Assembly (NCBI RefSeq): GCF_001194135.2
Contig: NC_068992.1
Coordinates: 27,557,187-27,600,283, forward strand
Length of the DNA stretch: 43,097 nucleotides
DNA from: Octopus bimaculoides
Taxonomy: Eukaryota
Direction: 5' to 3'
The stretch's first letter is position 1, and every line of letters starts with the position of its first letter. The notes below the pieces were generated by a model. That model was not told the DNA's origin, did no database searches, and worked only from the letters and a program-made list of their open reading frames with translations. Shown piece by piece: positions 1-11,411 of this stretch. The translations under genes and the position numbers were made by a program.

Positions 1-117
1 GCTGTAGAAACTCTGCCAAATTAGATTGGAGCCTGGTGTTGCCATCCGGTTTCATCAGTCCTCAGTCAAATCGTCCAACCCATGCTAGCATGGAAAGCGG
101 ACGTTAAACGATGATGA

Positions 118-120
<3 letters not shown>
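1..120 (+). mobile_element. Young RTE-LINE-related 3' tail copy (SINE or 5'-truncated LINE), cut by the window edge
   Basis: Near-identical to 11093-11258 (+) and to the reverse complement of 24055-24241 and 42858-43097. Ends GTTAAAC(GAT)n. The same motif type (GCTGTAGAAAC...CCAACCCATGC...GTTAAAC) closes the RTE fragments in this window. Confidence 0.85.

Positions 121-158
<38 letters not shown>
121..158. repeat. (TA)n microsatellite
   Basis: Direct reading. Confidence 0.95.
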
Positions 159-161
<3 letters not shown>

Positions 162-644
162 TAAGTAGCTTGATATAATAACAATAATAACAATTCAATA
201 AGTCTATTTAGGTTTCATGTACAGACATACAAAAAAAAACCTTAAAACAATTTTTGAAAGTCAGTTTTATCAAACCACAGAAATAATCAAATTAACAAAA
301 ATATATTAATAAATATAACTCCAATCACTTTCATTTGTTCAACATAGTCACACCAACAATATAACAATAACTATGCACTAATTATCCATAAATTACAATA
401 CTACAGTAGTTATCCCTTATTTCATCAACAGTTTCTTCATGAGCCACTGACTTAATCTATAAAACAAATTTCTAACATAATAACCAATCATTGGTGTGTG
501 TTTATAAGGACATCCACTCGTTTGCTGGCACCATCAATTTAATACAGTAATATAGTGAACTGAAAAACTTGATCAACTGAGATTATTGAAGCAATCAATA
601 CTAAATTTTAAAAAATCTAAAAGCTAGTAAGGGGTATAGCTGCA

Positions 645-838
645 ATCATCATCATTTAACATTTGTTTTCCATGCTGTCATGAAGTGAATGGTTTGACAG
701 GAGGTGGAAAACAGAAGAGCAGTACCAGGCTCTAATTGTGTTTTGGCATCGTTTTTATAGTTGGGTGCCCTTCCTAATGTCAATCACTTTTGTACTGGGT
801 TCCTTTTACATAGCACCAGAATAGGTGCTTTTTGTATA
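645..838 (-). mobile_element. Degenerate RTE-type 3' tail
   Basis: (ATC)n tail followed by TTTAAC..TTTTCCATGCTG..GGTTTGACAGG..TGCCCTTCCTAATG, homologous to the other tail copies. Confidence 0.65.
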
Positions 839-850
839 TAATTATAAGGT

Positions 851-1934
851 AGCTCCTCTACACTGATAACCTTATTCTTACAGCCGAATCACTACCGGGC
901 CTAGAGAAGAAATTTCAGGTGTGGAAGCAAGGCCCAGAATCTAAGGGCCTTAGAGTTAATTTAGCAAAAATCCAAGTCCTAGTAAGTAGGAAAACATACA
1001 AATCACAAGTCCCTTCAGGGAGATGGCCCTGCTTGATATGTAAGAAAGATGTTGGTATAAAGACCATATGTTGTACCCAGTGCAAGCTTTGGACACATAA
1101 GAGGTATAGCAGTATCACAGGAAGGTTAATTGAGAATATAGTCTTTGTGTGTATCAAATGTGCAAGTACAATAAGAACTGAAAATTGGCAGACAATAGAC
1201 TCCCTCAAATGCTCAGGAGTACCATTGAAAGTAGAAGATTGCTTCTGTTACCTAGGAGACCAAGTTAGCAGTGGAAGAGGAACTTCTGAAAGTGCATTTG
1301 CTAGAATAAGAAGGTTTGAAAGAAATGAAGCTAGCATACTCTGCTGGATCGGTAATGTCAGTGTGCATGCACAACAGAGTGTAAGTGGTATAAGAGGAAA
1401 ACTGAGTATAAGAGGCATCAGATGTTATGTGCAAGAGAGAAGACTGTACTGGTTGGGTTATGTGATGCATATGGACAAGGACAGCTGTGTAAAGAAGTGC
1501 CAAACACTAATTATGGAGGGAATCTGTGGAAGTGGTAGACCCAGGAAGATGTGGGACGAAGTGATGAGAAAAGATATTTGGATGCTGGGCTTCACTGAGG
1601 AAATGACAAGGGACTGAGAGATGTGGCGATTTGCTGTACTTGAAAAGACGCATCATGCTAAATAAAATCACTGCCATCCATACTTACAGGTGTGTTCTTT
1701 CAGGTGCCAGTGCCACATAAAATGCACCTATGCTGGTGCTGCATAATTGCTTCTGTGCCAATACCACGTGAAAAGCACCCAGCACCCTGTTAAGTGGCTG
1801 GCATTAGGAAGAGTACCCAACCATAGAAACCAAGCCACAACAAACGATTGGAGTCTGGACAGCCCCCAGCTGGCCAGCACCATGTCAAATCATCCAACCC
1901 ATGGAAAACAGATGTTAAACAATGATGATGATGA
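851..1934 (+). mobile_element. 5'-truncated RTE-clade LINE remnant (end of RT, Cys/His finger, C-terminus, 3' UTR and (GAT)n tail); includes ORF 919-1617
   Basis: In frame with ORF 919: LLYTDNL at 853-873 (decayed YADD), then LRVNLAK, CxxC...CxxCxxWxH...CxxC, FCYLGD, RRLYWLGYVMHM and GRPRKMW, all typical of RTE ORF2. Ends GTTAAACAATGATGATGATGAT. The catalytic motif is mutated and there is an internal deletion near 1311. Confidence 0.9.
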
Positions 1935-2029
1935 TATATGTATGTATATAGCTGTCCAGTTGCTTTCCCTGCTTTCATATCCTTAAAGACTATTTTTACC
2001 ATATAGTTGTCAATATCAATAGCTGGGTC

Positions 2030-2560
2030 CTCTGTTGATTCTATTTAGAGTAGTCCTCCTTTCCAAGTATTCTCCTAATTCAGCAGCTTCTCATGGTAAT
2101 AATATTTCAATGCTGCCATCTTCTTGGTGCCAGAAGTGGTGAGGACACCATTCATTAAATACACACTTTTCTCCAACAAAGTTCTGGTTCACACTGATAC
2201 AGTGTTTTCCAATCCAAAAACACCTCATACTTTTGATTCTCTTATTGCAGAACATTGGCAGGCCTTTATCTGCTTCTCTTTCTGCCAAGAATACTTGACA
2301 TCTAATTTCTTTTCTAATAACCTAATAATACTTCTCCTTCCTACCTTTCTTCCATTTTTTCAGCTTTGCCTTTTAGTTTTCACAGCTTTGTCTACAGAAT
2401 TATATTGCCACCATGTCATCTTCTTGCTCCATCTATACATCTGTTCTGGAGTTCACGGTAGGTTATTTCATTTAATCTCCCAATTACCTTCAGTACTATA
2501 GATCTCCTCCTCCTCCATTTTGACATACACATGATCAGATACTTCTTTGAATCTGTATCT
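2030..2560 (-). mobile_element. Degenerate RTE LINE fragment (region upstream of RT)
   Basis: The minus strand reads TWW...VDKAVKTKRQ..KKWK, then EVFWIGKHCISVNQNFVGEKC and ..YYHEKLLN, matching the RTE pre-RT linker, with stops and frameshifts. Confidence 0.6.
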
Positions 2561-3044
2561 GGCTGAAGGATCTTTCATTTTCCATATATTTTATCAGATT
2601 TTGTGCTTTAGTGTTTGTATAACTCTTATTCTGATAGATAAGATTATTTTGAGTGATAAATTCTTCACCAGGACAAGATTTAGTATTCACAGCTATTAGC
2701 CTATCACATTCCTAAATATAAAATGAATATAAATATGAAAGAATAATATTTTTATCTGAGAGCTGTGTAAACAAATGGTTGGCCTGCATGTAACAATAAC
2801 GAAAAATAAAAATATAACAAAGTAAAATTATACAAATTAAGATGGCTGTAAAAAGTTTTTAATCTTGTAACTGTCTTTTTCACATTTACATATATCTTTA
2901 ACAACAACTGAATAGTCATGGTTTGAATGCCCTGAAGCACAAATTTACTCAACCATGACTGACCTGAGCCCAAACAACAGCAACAAGCTGTAGCAAGAAC
3001 ACTACTATGATAATGCCAGTTAGGAAACTTCATAGCATAAATGT

Positions 3045-3433
3045 TGTTGTTGTTGGCACTCCGTCACTTACGACGTCGAGGGTTCCAGTTGATCCGATCA
3101 ACGGAACAGCCTGCTCGTGAAATTAACGTGCAAGTGGCTGAGCACTCCACAGACATGTGTACCCTTAACGTAGTTCTCGGAGATATTCAACGTGACACAG
3201 TGTGACAAGGCTGATCCTTTGAATTACAGGTAGAACAGAAACAGGAAGTAAGAGTGAGAGAAAGTTGTGGTGAAAGAATACAGCAGGGTTCGCTACCATC
3301 CCCTGCCGGAGCCTTATGGAGATTTTAGGTGTTTTCGCTTAATAAACACTCACAGCGCCCGGTCTGGGAATCGAAACCGCAATCCTATAATCATGAGTCC
3401 ACTGCCTTAACCACTGGGCCATTGCACCTCCAC
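3045..3433 (-). mobile_element. Complete tRNA-derived SINE with (CAA)n tail and 11-bp target-site duplication
   Basis: Minus-strand head GTGGAGGTGCAATGGCCCAGTGGTTAAGG...GGTTTCGATTCCC has A-box and B-box-like motifs. The 3' end is (CAA)n. AGCATAAATGT occurs at both 3034-3044 and 3434-3444. Confidence 0.9.
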
Positions 3434-4089
3434 AGCATAAATGTAAACTGCAGTAAAAACAGTGTTTTTAAACAAAAATAATTTATGTCGTATTTTTTCA
3501 TTGAAGTTGCACTATCAATCTCCCCATTATAAATATTTATATTCATATTTATATTCATTTTATATTTATGAATGTGATGGGCTAGTAGTTGTGAATACTA
3601 AATCTTGTCCTGGTGAAGAATTTACCACTCAATATAATCTTATCTATCAGAATAAGAGTTATACAAACCCCATTTCAAGTTCCTCTATCAATCTCCCCAT
3701 TATAAATGCTGTTAATAAGTGACTGACTTGTTGGAAAAAATCATAAAAAGCAAAAAAAATCCCAAAAAATAAGTTTTACATCTGCATAAATCATTTTTTT
3801 TAGCCATCATTACTAGTCCAAGCCACTTCCATTAACATCTCAAGTATTCTATTAATTTGACTGATATCAATTGATAAAGCAATCATGCATCAGTAGTAGC
3901 ATATCATCACTTTTGCATACAATCTCTTAAACACTGTTTCTCTTTAGTACATATTTCAAAACAGATCATCTTCGGCACTCTTCTCACAGATATGGAAATA
4001 ACTCTTCTTCTTCCAGTTATGGAAATAAAAGCTATCTCTAAAATCACAGTAAATGACAATGATTTACTCAAAAACAGGAGATATTAGCC

Positions 4090-4540
4090 ATAACAAGAGG
4101 ATCTCTGAACTCTCTCCAGCTAGTCCATTTTCTCGCGACTGTACTTTCAGAACATCATCCTTAGCTGTTAATTACATCACCTAGGTAATAGAAACTATTT
4201 ACAATCTCTAAGGGCCTTCCTAATGATTTTCTTTAATCCTCAGCATTAAAGAAAATCTATTTTCATGTGTTTGTAGTGTTTATTGCTCTTGTGTATCAGC
4301 CACATATAAAGAATACTTTCTATGTAAATCTTCCCATGATTCCACTGCACTTCTTACATGTCAATAGTACACTACTTGGCATTTCTATTTTCAGTTTCTT
4401 TACATATCAAGTAGGGTAATTTTCTTGAAGGGAGTACAATTACATCCGTTTTCTTGCTTGCTAAAACATTGATTTTACTAAGTTAAGCTTAAGGCCTTTT
4501 GATTCCAGGTTTTACTTCCAGTCCTGGAGTAACATTTTTC
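4090..4540 (-). mobile_element. Degenerate RTE LINE fragment (finger and YLGD region)
   Basis: The reverse complement aligns by eye with 920-1310 (GGAATCAAAAGGCCTTAAGCTTAAC..., TTCTATTACCTAGGTGAT). Confidence 0.65.
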
Positions 4541-4916
4541 CATCATCTCTTTTCTTCACTCGACACCCGATAAACATATATTTTCCACCTCTCCTTATCC
4601 ATTCTTCCATTTTCCTACATAACCACTTTTCCTGTTTACCTACACCACACCTAATTCTCTTTCGCATTATTCCACCTACTGCAAAAAACCATATAAACCA
4701 GAAAAACTAAAGTAAACCACTGTGTGATGATGGCTGATAGGCTAAAATTTTGAAGTCATTGTTAACTTTTTCCTTGTAAAAAATTAATAAATATGTACTT
4801 TACTAAAAAGAATTGCATAATCCTTCAGTTTGATGTTAAACTGTTTTTGTATACAACATCACATATACACAAACTTTGAATTTTGTCAAACAAATGATAG
4901 AAAGGTATACAATATA

Positions 4917-5315
4917 GGTGCAGGAGTGGCTGTGAGGTAAGTAGCTTGCTTACCAACAACATGGTTCCGGGTACAGTCCCACTACATGGCACCTTGAGCA
5001 AGTGTCTTCTACTATAGCCTAGGGCCGACCGAAGCCTTGTGAGTGGATTTGGTAGATGGAAACTGAAAGAAGCCCATCATATATATATATATATGTGTAT
5101 GTGTATATATGTGTGTGCATCTGTGTTTATCCCCCCAAAATTGCTTGACAACCGATGTTGGTGCGTTTACACCCCCGTAACTTAGCAGTTTATCAAAAGA
5201 GACCGATAGAATAAGTACTAGGCTTACAAAGAATAAGTCCTGGGGTCGATTTGCTCGACTGAGGGTGGTGCTCCAGCATGGCTGCAGTCAAATGACTGAA
5301 ACAAGTAAAAGAATA
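4917..5315 (+). mobile_element. tRNA-headed CORE-like SINE with internal (TA)/(TG) microsatellite
   Basis: Head GGTGCAGGAGTGGCTGTGAGGTAAG...GGTTCCGGGTACAGTCCC. GGCACCTTGAGCAAGTG resembles the CORE motif CCTTGGGCAAGT. The 3' part ends GACTGAAACAAGTAAAAGAATA. Paralogues are at 9598-9745, 17201-17296 and 23884-25308. Confidence 0.8.
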
Positions 5316-5404
5316 TAAGTTGTAAAGAATATGGTTTATTGAAACTATGTTTATCTTGTAACTCCAGTTTCATGTCACTACAATCTTCAGGCAAGAAAAC
5401 TGTA

Positions 5405-5525
5405 GTGGTAGGAAAGTCACATTGGCGTTAGGAAGGACATCCAGCCTCCAGTCATAGAAACAAGCCCAAAGCTGATAGCAGAGCTTGGTATTGTCATATG
5501 GAAAATGAATGTATAATGAAGATGA
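5405..5525 (+). mobile_element. Old RTE-type 3' tail fragment
   Basis: TTGGCGTTAGGAAGGACATCCAGC...CATATGGAAAATGAATGTATAATGAAGATGAT. Confidence 0.45.
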
Positions 5526-6698
5526 TATACATGTTTGCGTGTGTATGTGTATATAAAGTTTGTGCCTGCATATATTGCTAGTTATGCAGAAAATATAATG
5601 GGCTGAAAATTGATTCCTCAAAAAGGAAACAACATTTTGTTGCAACATTTCTTTCTTAATTTAATGTCATAATATTGCTTGAAATCACTTTGGTAAAGCA
5701 ATCATATTTCCTAAAGACATTATTATTGACTTTTAAATTAAAGTCAGACAGAAAGAAGTACTATTTTAGGTTGTCTTCTTTTATTTTTTTTCCAAAAATA
5801 GAAGTATATTCATAAAAATCTCAGTGACAGAATTAAAATCAGAAAGAAGTTTTGGACATTATCACAGTGATGGCAATACTACAAAGAAACACTAAATGGG
5901 AATTATGAATGTATTCTTGGTGTATAATAAACAGGGACATCAGTCTTCATTCGTGAATAATAAAATTCAAAAGTAAAACAGTTTTTATCTTCTCAGGTAT
6001 GAATGAAATTATACATAATATAAATCAACTGTTATACCAGAGATTTAATTTATCTCCTGCTGGTGGCACAATGTCATTAAGAAATGCATAATTCAATTTC
6101 TCTCAAAGAAGATGTTGGAATTTCCATTCCACATTCTACAGTTAATGCACTTCACCCTCCACAGATGTTTTGTTTTCATAATTTTCTTAATAATGAATAA
6201 TTTTTATTAAAGTCTGCTGATACATTTTGAAAGGTGTAGATTGTGATTATACTAAATTGTTTTCTATTTAAAAAAAAATTTACTCATAAAAATAAGAAGT
6301 TCAAACCTATTAATCCATTCAATAATTTGCTCATAATCATTGCCCATCATTAAAAAAAAATCTATGATATTATCCTGATACTGGAAGGCATGAAAAAAAA
6401 TTCTGAATTTCAGGTCATAACCTACAGTGAAAGTATTATTAATGAATACTTTTAGTTTGTATTGTAGTTGACTAAACTTAAACTGCAAAATATTTCTATC
6501 ATGTCTTCCAATTTCATATTGATAATGAATAAATTCATTATCAATATGAGCAAAATATATAGTAACATCAAGCAGGATAATATAGATTTCTTTTATGTTG
6601 TTAAACAACCATGATAAGTCATTGAATGGTTAAAAAAGGGTACAGATTTCTTCTCTTTGTAATTAAAATATTTTTTAGATTTTACAAAACTGTAGCAT

Positions 6699-7512
6699 GA
6701 CAGGAAAGATCTATTTTATTGTTGTGGTATAGTTCAGTTGTGCTGTGGAAGATTCCAGCCAATCAGAACTGGAAGCATATGAATAAAACAGCAGTGATCT
6801 GCCTTAGCTGAAAGGAATTCACTACAGCAGGGAAGTGGCAGTTTCAAACCATTTGCTGAAAAGACTGCCTACAAACAACATCCCTTCCACAGCACAACTG
6901 AACTATGCCACAGTAACAAAATAGATCATTCCTGTCTCACTACACTACCCCACTGCAGACTGCAAGTTGATATAAACAAGAAAGAGGAAAGAGTAAAAAC
7001 ACAAAGCAAAATATTCTAAACTGATAAAAGAAAAATACATTGCATACATGAGAAGTCACCAAATGTTCAAACACTGGAAAAAGAAAACAACATGAATGCA
7101 ACAAGAAAAGCAAAATGGTCAACACGAGAGTGGTCAGTGGAAATATATACAGTCTTGCATGCCAGGGTCAATGACATGGCTGTGACAGGAGTGTGTGTCT
7201 GATGTGCTGAAAATGGATGCAGGATTAAGAACAAGAATGTACAGCTCATTTTGAAGCAGAGTTGTAGCTGATATCATTCAAGTGAGTTGCACACAGTTAG
7301 CGGTACACACAAAAATTGTGGCACATCAAAAGAAGAGATGTTGTTTCCAGGCAGTCTTTTCAGCAACTGGTTTGAAACTGCCTCTCCTCTACTGTAGTAA
7401 ATTCCTTTCAGCTAAGGCAGATCACTGCCATTTTATTCATACACCTTCAACTCTGACTGGCTGGAATCTTCCACAGCACAACTGAACTATGCCACTACAC
7501 TGTCTCACTACA
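6699..7512. repeat. Nested inverted-duplication complex
   Basis: 6699-6751 is the reverse complement of 6884-6936 (48/53 matches). 6724-6882 is the reverse complement of 7337-7495 (roughly 85-90% by eye). Confidence 0.9.
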
Positions 7513-8200
7513 CTTAGCATGCTATAAAACTTTCACTAACGTAATTATAATCTATACTTTGGAAAATGTATCTCTACAAGAATTCTCAAAAATAAATGTA
7601 TTATTAAGAAAGTCATAAAGAAACATGGTAGGTGAGGAGCACCAACATTAGTATACCTTCTGTTGCTTACAAATATCAATTAATAGTGTTTATATAAACA
7701 TCTCATGTGATATTTATGATACTGTTCATTTTTTTTTTTTCATATCAAAACTAGAAATCATACCCTGCTAAGTTAGACCAATAGATATGGCAGATATGGT
7801 AATAAGCTGCTAACAATTCTTGCTTAGTCTAAAGACAACTCCAAGCAGATCTATGACCAAAAGCATTTCAATGACAACTACCCTATACAGCTGGGACTAC
7901 CTTATCCAATGTGTTCTTTTTTTAAAAATAAAGGGAAAATTAGGTTACTCTGTCTAGAATGTTGGACAACTATGTAGAGGCACCCACATTGACTCATATA
8001 CTTACAGTTGGATTATGGAGTAAATTCAAATGCCATATTCTTGATGAAGTAACCACTTTGTCAGCAAATGAACATTTCTACACTTATTTTATATGCAAAA
8101 TAGTAATAAGCCAGAAATATATAATAATTAGCACACTAACTCTGCCAACACTACCACTGCCATCACCATGAACATCACCACCACTAGATATGTGGGTGAA

Positions 8201-8269
8201 TTCCTGTATAGTAAGATATCACCTTCAATATAACAAGATATTCCTGTATAGCAAGATATTACATTCAAT
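8201..8269. repeat. 40-bp-period tandem duplication
   Basis: TTCCTGTATAGTAAGATATCACCTTCAAT at 8201 and TTCCTGTATAGCAAGATATTACATTCAAT at 8241. Confidence 0.85.
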
Positions 8270-8749
8270 TTTTCCTGTTACAAAAACATAAACTAATCAA
8301 TATTGTTTGTAAAAATAATTTCAGATATTATTGAATTGTGTATGGAAAGGCGATAATATACAATTGTTCAACTTTTGTCTACCAAATCATTTTAATTGTG
8401 GTAATTTGATATTGATTGCAAAGCATTACTGTCTTCACTTTTCAATTATTTTAGCTAATTCAGAGAGCTATTCAGTGATAAAGTGCTTAATGTACTGTAA
8501 CACTGAGCTGACAGTCTAACTACTTTATACAATAATTTATCATTCTTTGCAAATATTGTACATGCTAGTTTAGAGAGAAAAGACTGAGCCTGTGGCCAGT
8601 AGAAATGAAAGGAAAATAGGGAAGAGCTAAGTACAGTTTACTATGATACCTGAAGAAATACAGCACAGTGGGATGGTACTTGTACAGAACTACTAAATGA
8701 CTCAATTGACAGAAAAGAACTTCAAAGGAATTAGATATGAAGGAGATTC

Positions 8750-9000
8750 AGTTAGTAGGAAGACTACTGAAATGCTTTAAATGGCTTGCAGTCTATAGAA
8801 GATAGATAGTTTCTTTAAGATACCTATGTCACCTAGTCAATAATGGAGTAACTAGAATAATAAAGGATGAAAGAAGTTTAATAAACAATTATCTTTGTTG
8901 ACATCAAAGGGTTTATCTCTCCAAGCAAAACCAGACTATATAAAATGTATGTTGGTAGGTGGTGCAGCTTAGTAGGGAGATATGGACATTGCATATAGAA
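8750..9000 (+). mobile_element. Highly decayed RTE LINE fragment
   Basis: Reads ..LLTSKGLSLQAKTRLYKMYV.., which resembles RTE PLLVTKGLSLRVKGRLY (compare 33950-34020). An upstream remnant resembles SFxYLGDLV. Confidence 0.5.
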
Positions 9001-9597
9001 TACCTGTAAAAACTGAACAAGTATAAGACATATACGAATCTGTAGATGTATAAAATTAACATCCGGAAAATAGAGCAGAGAAGTTATAGAAAAGATGAGG
9101 TTTCAAATGATAAGGAAAAGTATCTTTACTAGTAGGGACATACAATGTAAATGCACTATTAGTGCTATCAGAGCCAAAAGAAAAAGAACCTTGTGCTGAC
9201 AACAGAAGGTATCTATAGCATAAGAAAACTAAGGAAGCCATAAAAAGAAGAAATGATTTATAATGAATTAGAGTTATATGTCCCACCAAATGAATAGATG
9301 AATATTTTTTATCAATACAAAATACAGAAAGGATTACTAATATTTCAGCCACCATGAAAAAGTTTTACTTTTAAGGTGAGAATTAAATTTTATATGAAAA
9401 TGAAACATGAAACATGAAACTCAAGAGAACTTATTAATATGAACTGAAAAATGTTAGAATTAGATACTCTCCTAACAGAGAGAGAGAGAAAAAAACTACC
9501 TCACTAGGCAACAGGTGGGGGTTGCTAACAGGAAGGGCATTCAGCTGTAGAAAACTTGCCACACAAATAGTGCTGCACATATGTATATACATTTTTG

Positions 9598-9745
9598 CAG
9601 GTACGGGCATGGCTGTGTGGTGAGGAAGCTTGCTTCCTAGCCACTTGGTTTTGGGTTCAGTCTCACTGCATGGCACCTTGCGCAAGTGTCTTCTGCTATA
9701 TTGTCAAGCTGACCAAAGCTTTGTAATTGAATTTGGTTGGTAAAG
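9598..9745 (+). mobile_element. CORE-like SINE 5' half
   Basis: Homologous to 4917-5075 (ATGGCTGTGTGGTGAGGAAGCTTGC...GGCACCTTGCGCAAGTGTCTTCTGCTATA). Confidence 0.7.
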
Positions 9746-9789
9746 TTATTGTCATATGTGTACATGAGTGTGTAAGTGCTTGTGCCTCC

Positions 9790-10830
9790 TAACTCCGTTG
9801 GAGACAGTAAACATTTTCTATTCAGACAAACAATTAAAGATGTTTTAGCCATGATTGTCCTGTTTTATGATTCATACATGAAGCACCTAAGACCATTATC
9901 TAATGTATCCTTTTTTTTTAAGACAACAGAGTGTGACTTGAAGGAAATTTAAATCATATTTCTGACAGAATGAGTGACTTCATAGAAACTCTATTATTGG
10001 TTTGGTTACCTAGTTAATAACAGGAGTGGTTGCACTGAATATATAGTAACTAGAGTACTGAAGAGGAATTCAAGAATCTGGTGTCTGCAAAAGCCTTGGG
10101 CACAACCTCTTCCTCCAGCTCAACCCAATCAATGAAAAGAAAAAAGAAGTTATGACTGTAGCTGACAGCAAAGTGTTTCTTTCTCCAAACAATAGAGAGA
10201 TCATATGAAATATGTGTAAGCAGTGTAATGCAGAATGGTCATGAGATATGGACAATGAATGCAGAAAATCTACCAAGACTGGATAAATATCAGTTGAATA
10301 TAATCCTACTAAGTATTCAATACAAACAATGCAGACATTCAGTACTAACATTAGGATGTAAGGGTGAGTACAAGTGATTTAAGACAAACAGCAGTGTATA
10401 AAAATATTCAGCTAATTGATTGAGTAGGACTTAATTAGAAAAATTAGTAAAATAGCAAATTACCACCGCCATACACAACCATGATGATGATATGTTCCAT
10501 TGTTTGAAAAAAAAATTTTTTGATTAAAAACAAAATTATTGAAGTTCATTCATTCTTAGACCAGTTGCTTCAAGGTGCACATAACTTTGTATATCTTGCA
10601 TCATTGAACTTTCTAACACTTGTGTTATTTTATAGGTCTGAGCTGGTAGCTTAACATCCAATCTAGATAATAGGAAACCACCTCTATATAGTCATTCAAC
10701 CTGCTAAAAATAGCAACCAAAACTCCCTCAAATAATACCCTACCATCCTAAAAGAAGGACATATTGGATAATGTTCTAGATGCCACGAGAGACAGGATTG
10801 TCAAGCATTGAATGCCTCTGTTCATATAAA
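9790..10830. repeat. Two old copies of one interspersed family in inverted orientation (~9790-9990 and ~10630-10830)
   Basis: CATTATCTAATGTATCCTTTTTTTTAAGACAACAGAGTGTGACTTGAAGG matches the reverse complement of ~10715-10775 (CATTATCCAATATGTCCTTCTTTTAGGATGGTAGGGTATTATTTGAGGG). A related piece lies near 7850-7940. Confidence 0.5.
10130..10300 (+). mobile_element. Decayed RTE LINE fragment
   Basis: Translates RSYEICVSSVMQNGHEIWTMNAENLPRLDK, matching RTE RLYDACVRxxMLxGSETWAxxxEDxxRLER. Confidence 0.55.
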
Positions 10831-11092
10831 CTAAATATTAAAAAAAAAACCTTAAATTTTGTATGCTTTTTTTGTACAGAAACTAGTTTTGGGATTTTAT
10901 ATTTAAAACAGATTCAAAATCTAATAAGGAATCTCAACCCAATGTTTTGCATGAGTTACACTGGTTATATGGATAAAAAACAGGAATATTTTGTAATAGG
11001 TGCATTAGTTTTCAAAATAATACAAAACTTCTTCACCAATGGAATTCAAGCACTGCAATACCAATGGAGGAAGTATGAGGACTATAAGAGGG

Positions 11093-11258
11093 ACTACACT
11101 CTCTGAGTGGTTGGCATTAGGAAGGGCATCCAGCTGTAGAAACTCTGCCAAATTTAGATTGGAGCCTGGTGTTGCCATCCGGTTTCACCAGTCCTCAGTC
11201 AAATCGTCCAACCCATGCTAGCATGGAAAGCAGACGTTAAACGATGATGATGATGATG
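11093..11258 (+). mobile_element. Young RTE-related 3' tail copy
   Basis: Near-identical to 1-120 and to the reverse complements of 24055-24241 and 42858-43097. (GAT)n tail. Confidence 0.9.
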
Positions 11259-11302
11259 TTGAAAAATATTTGATCACATTCCATAAGAGTGTCTTGGTCA
11301 GC

Positions 11303-11411
11303 CTATGAATTTTTCAGCCGATTAATCACATAAGTAGTAGTGCTGACAACAATAAGGATAATATAAAGACCCAGCAGCAAAGTCACAATGATATAGAAAA
11401 CAAAATGTTGT
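11303..11411 (-). CDS. Candidate terminal coding exon encoding a transmembrane helix (xQHFVFYIIVTLLLGLYIILIVVSTTTYVINRLKNS*)
   Basis: Strong acceptor TAATTAGTTTCTTGTTATACTTCTTCAG| at 11412, then 1 nt plus 35 codons and TAG. A hydrophobic core is followed by a basic RLK tail. Phase-compatible with 35009-35124. Caveat: the antisense frame is also open (PINHISSS...SEEV*), so the strand is unproven. Confidence 0.4.

Noticed and set aside
382-456. Minus-strand candidate terminal exon IKSVAHEETVDEIRDNYCSIVIYG* after TTTTATAG
   Set aside because: Only 24 codons, no phase-compatible partner identified and no recognisable homology, so it is indistinguishable from chance.
3360-3433. tRNA-like sequences here and at 4917-4985 and 41540-41615
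   Set aside because: They have A/B boxes but no complete cloverleaf or acceptor stem and continue into SINE bodies, so they are not tRNA genes.
6264-6608. 114-aa minus-strand ORF
   Set aside because: AT-rich and F/I/N-biased, with no motif or convincing splice boundaries.
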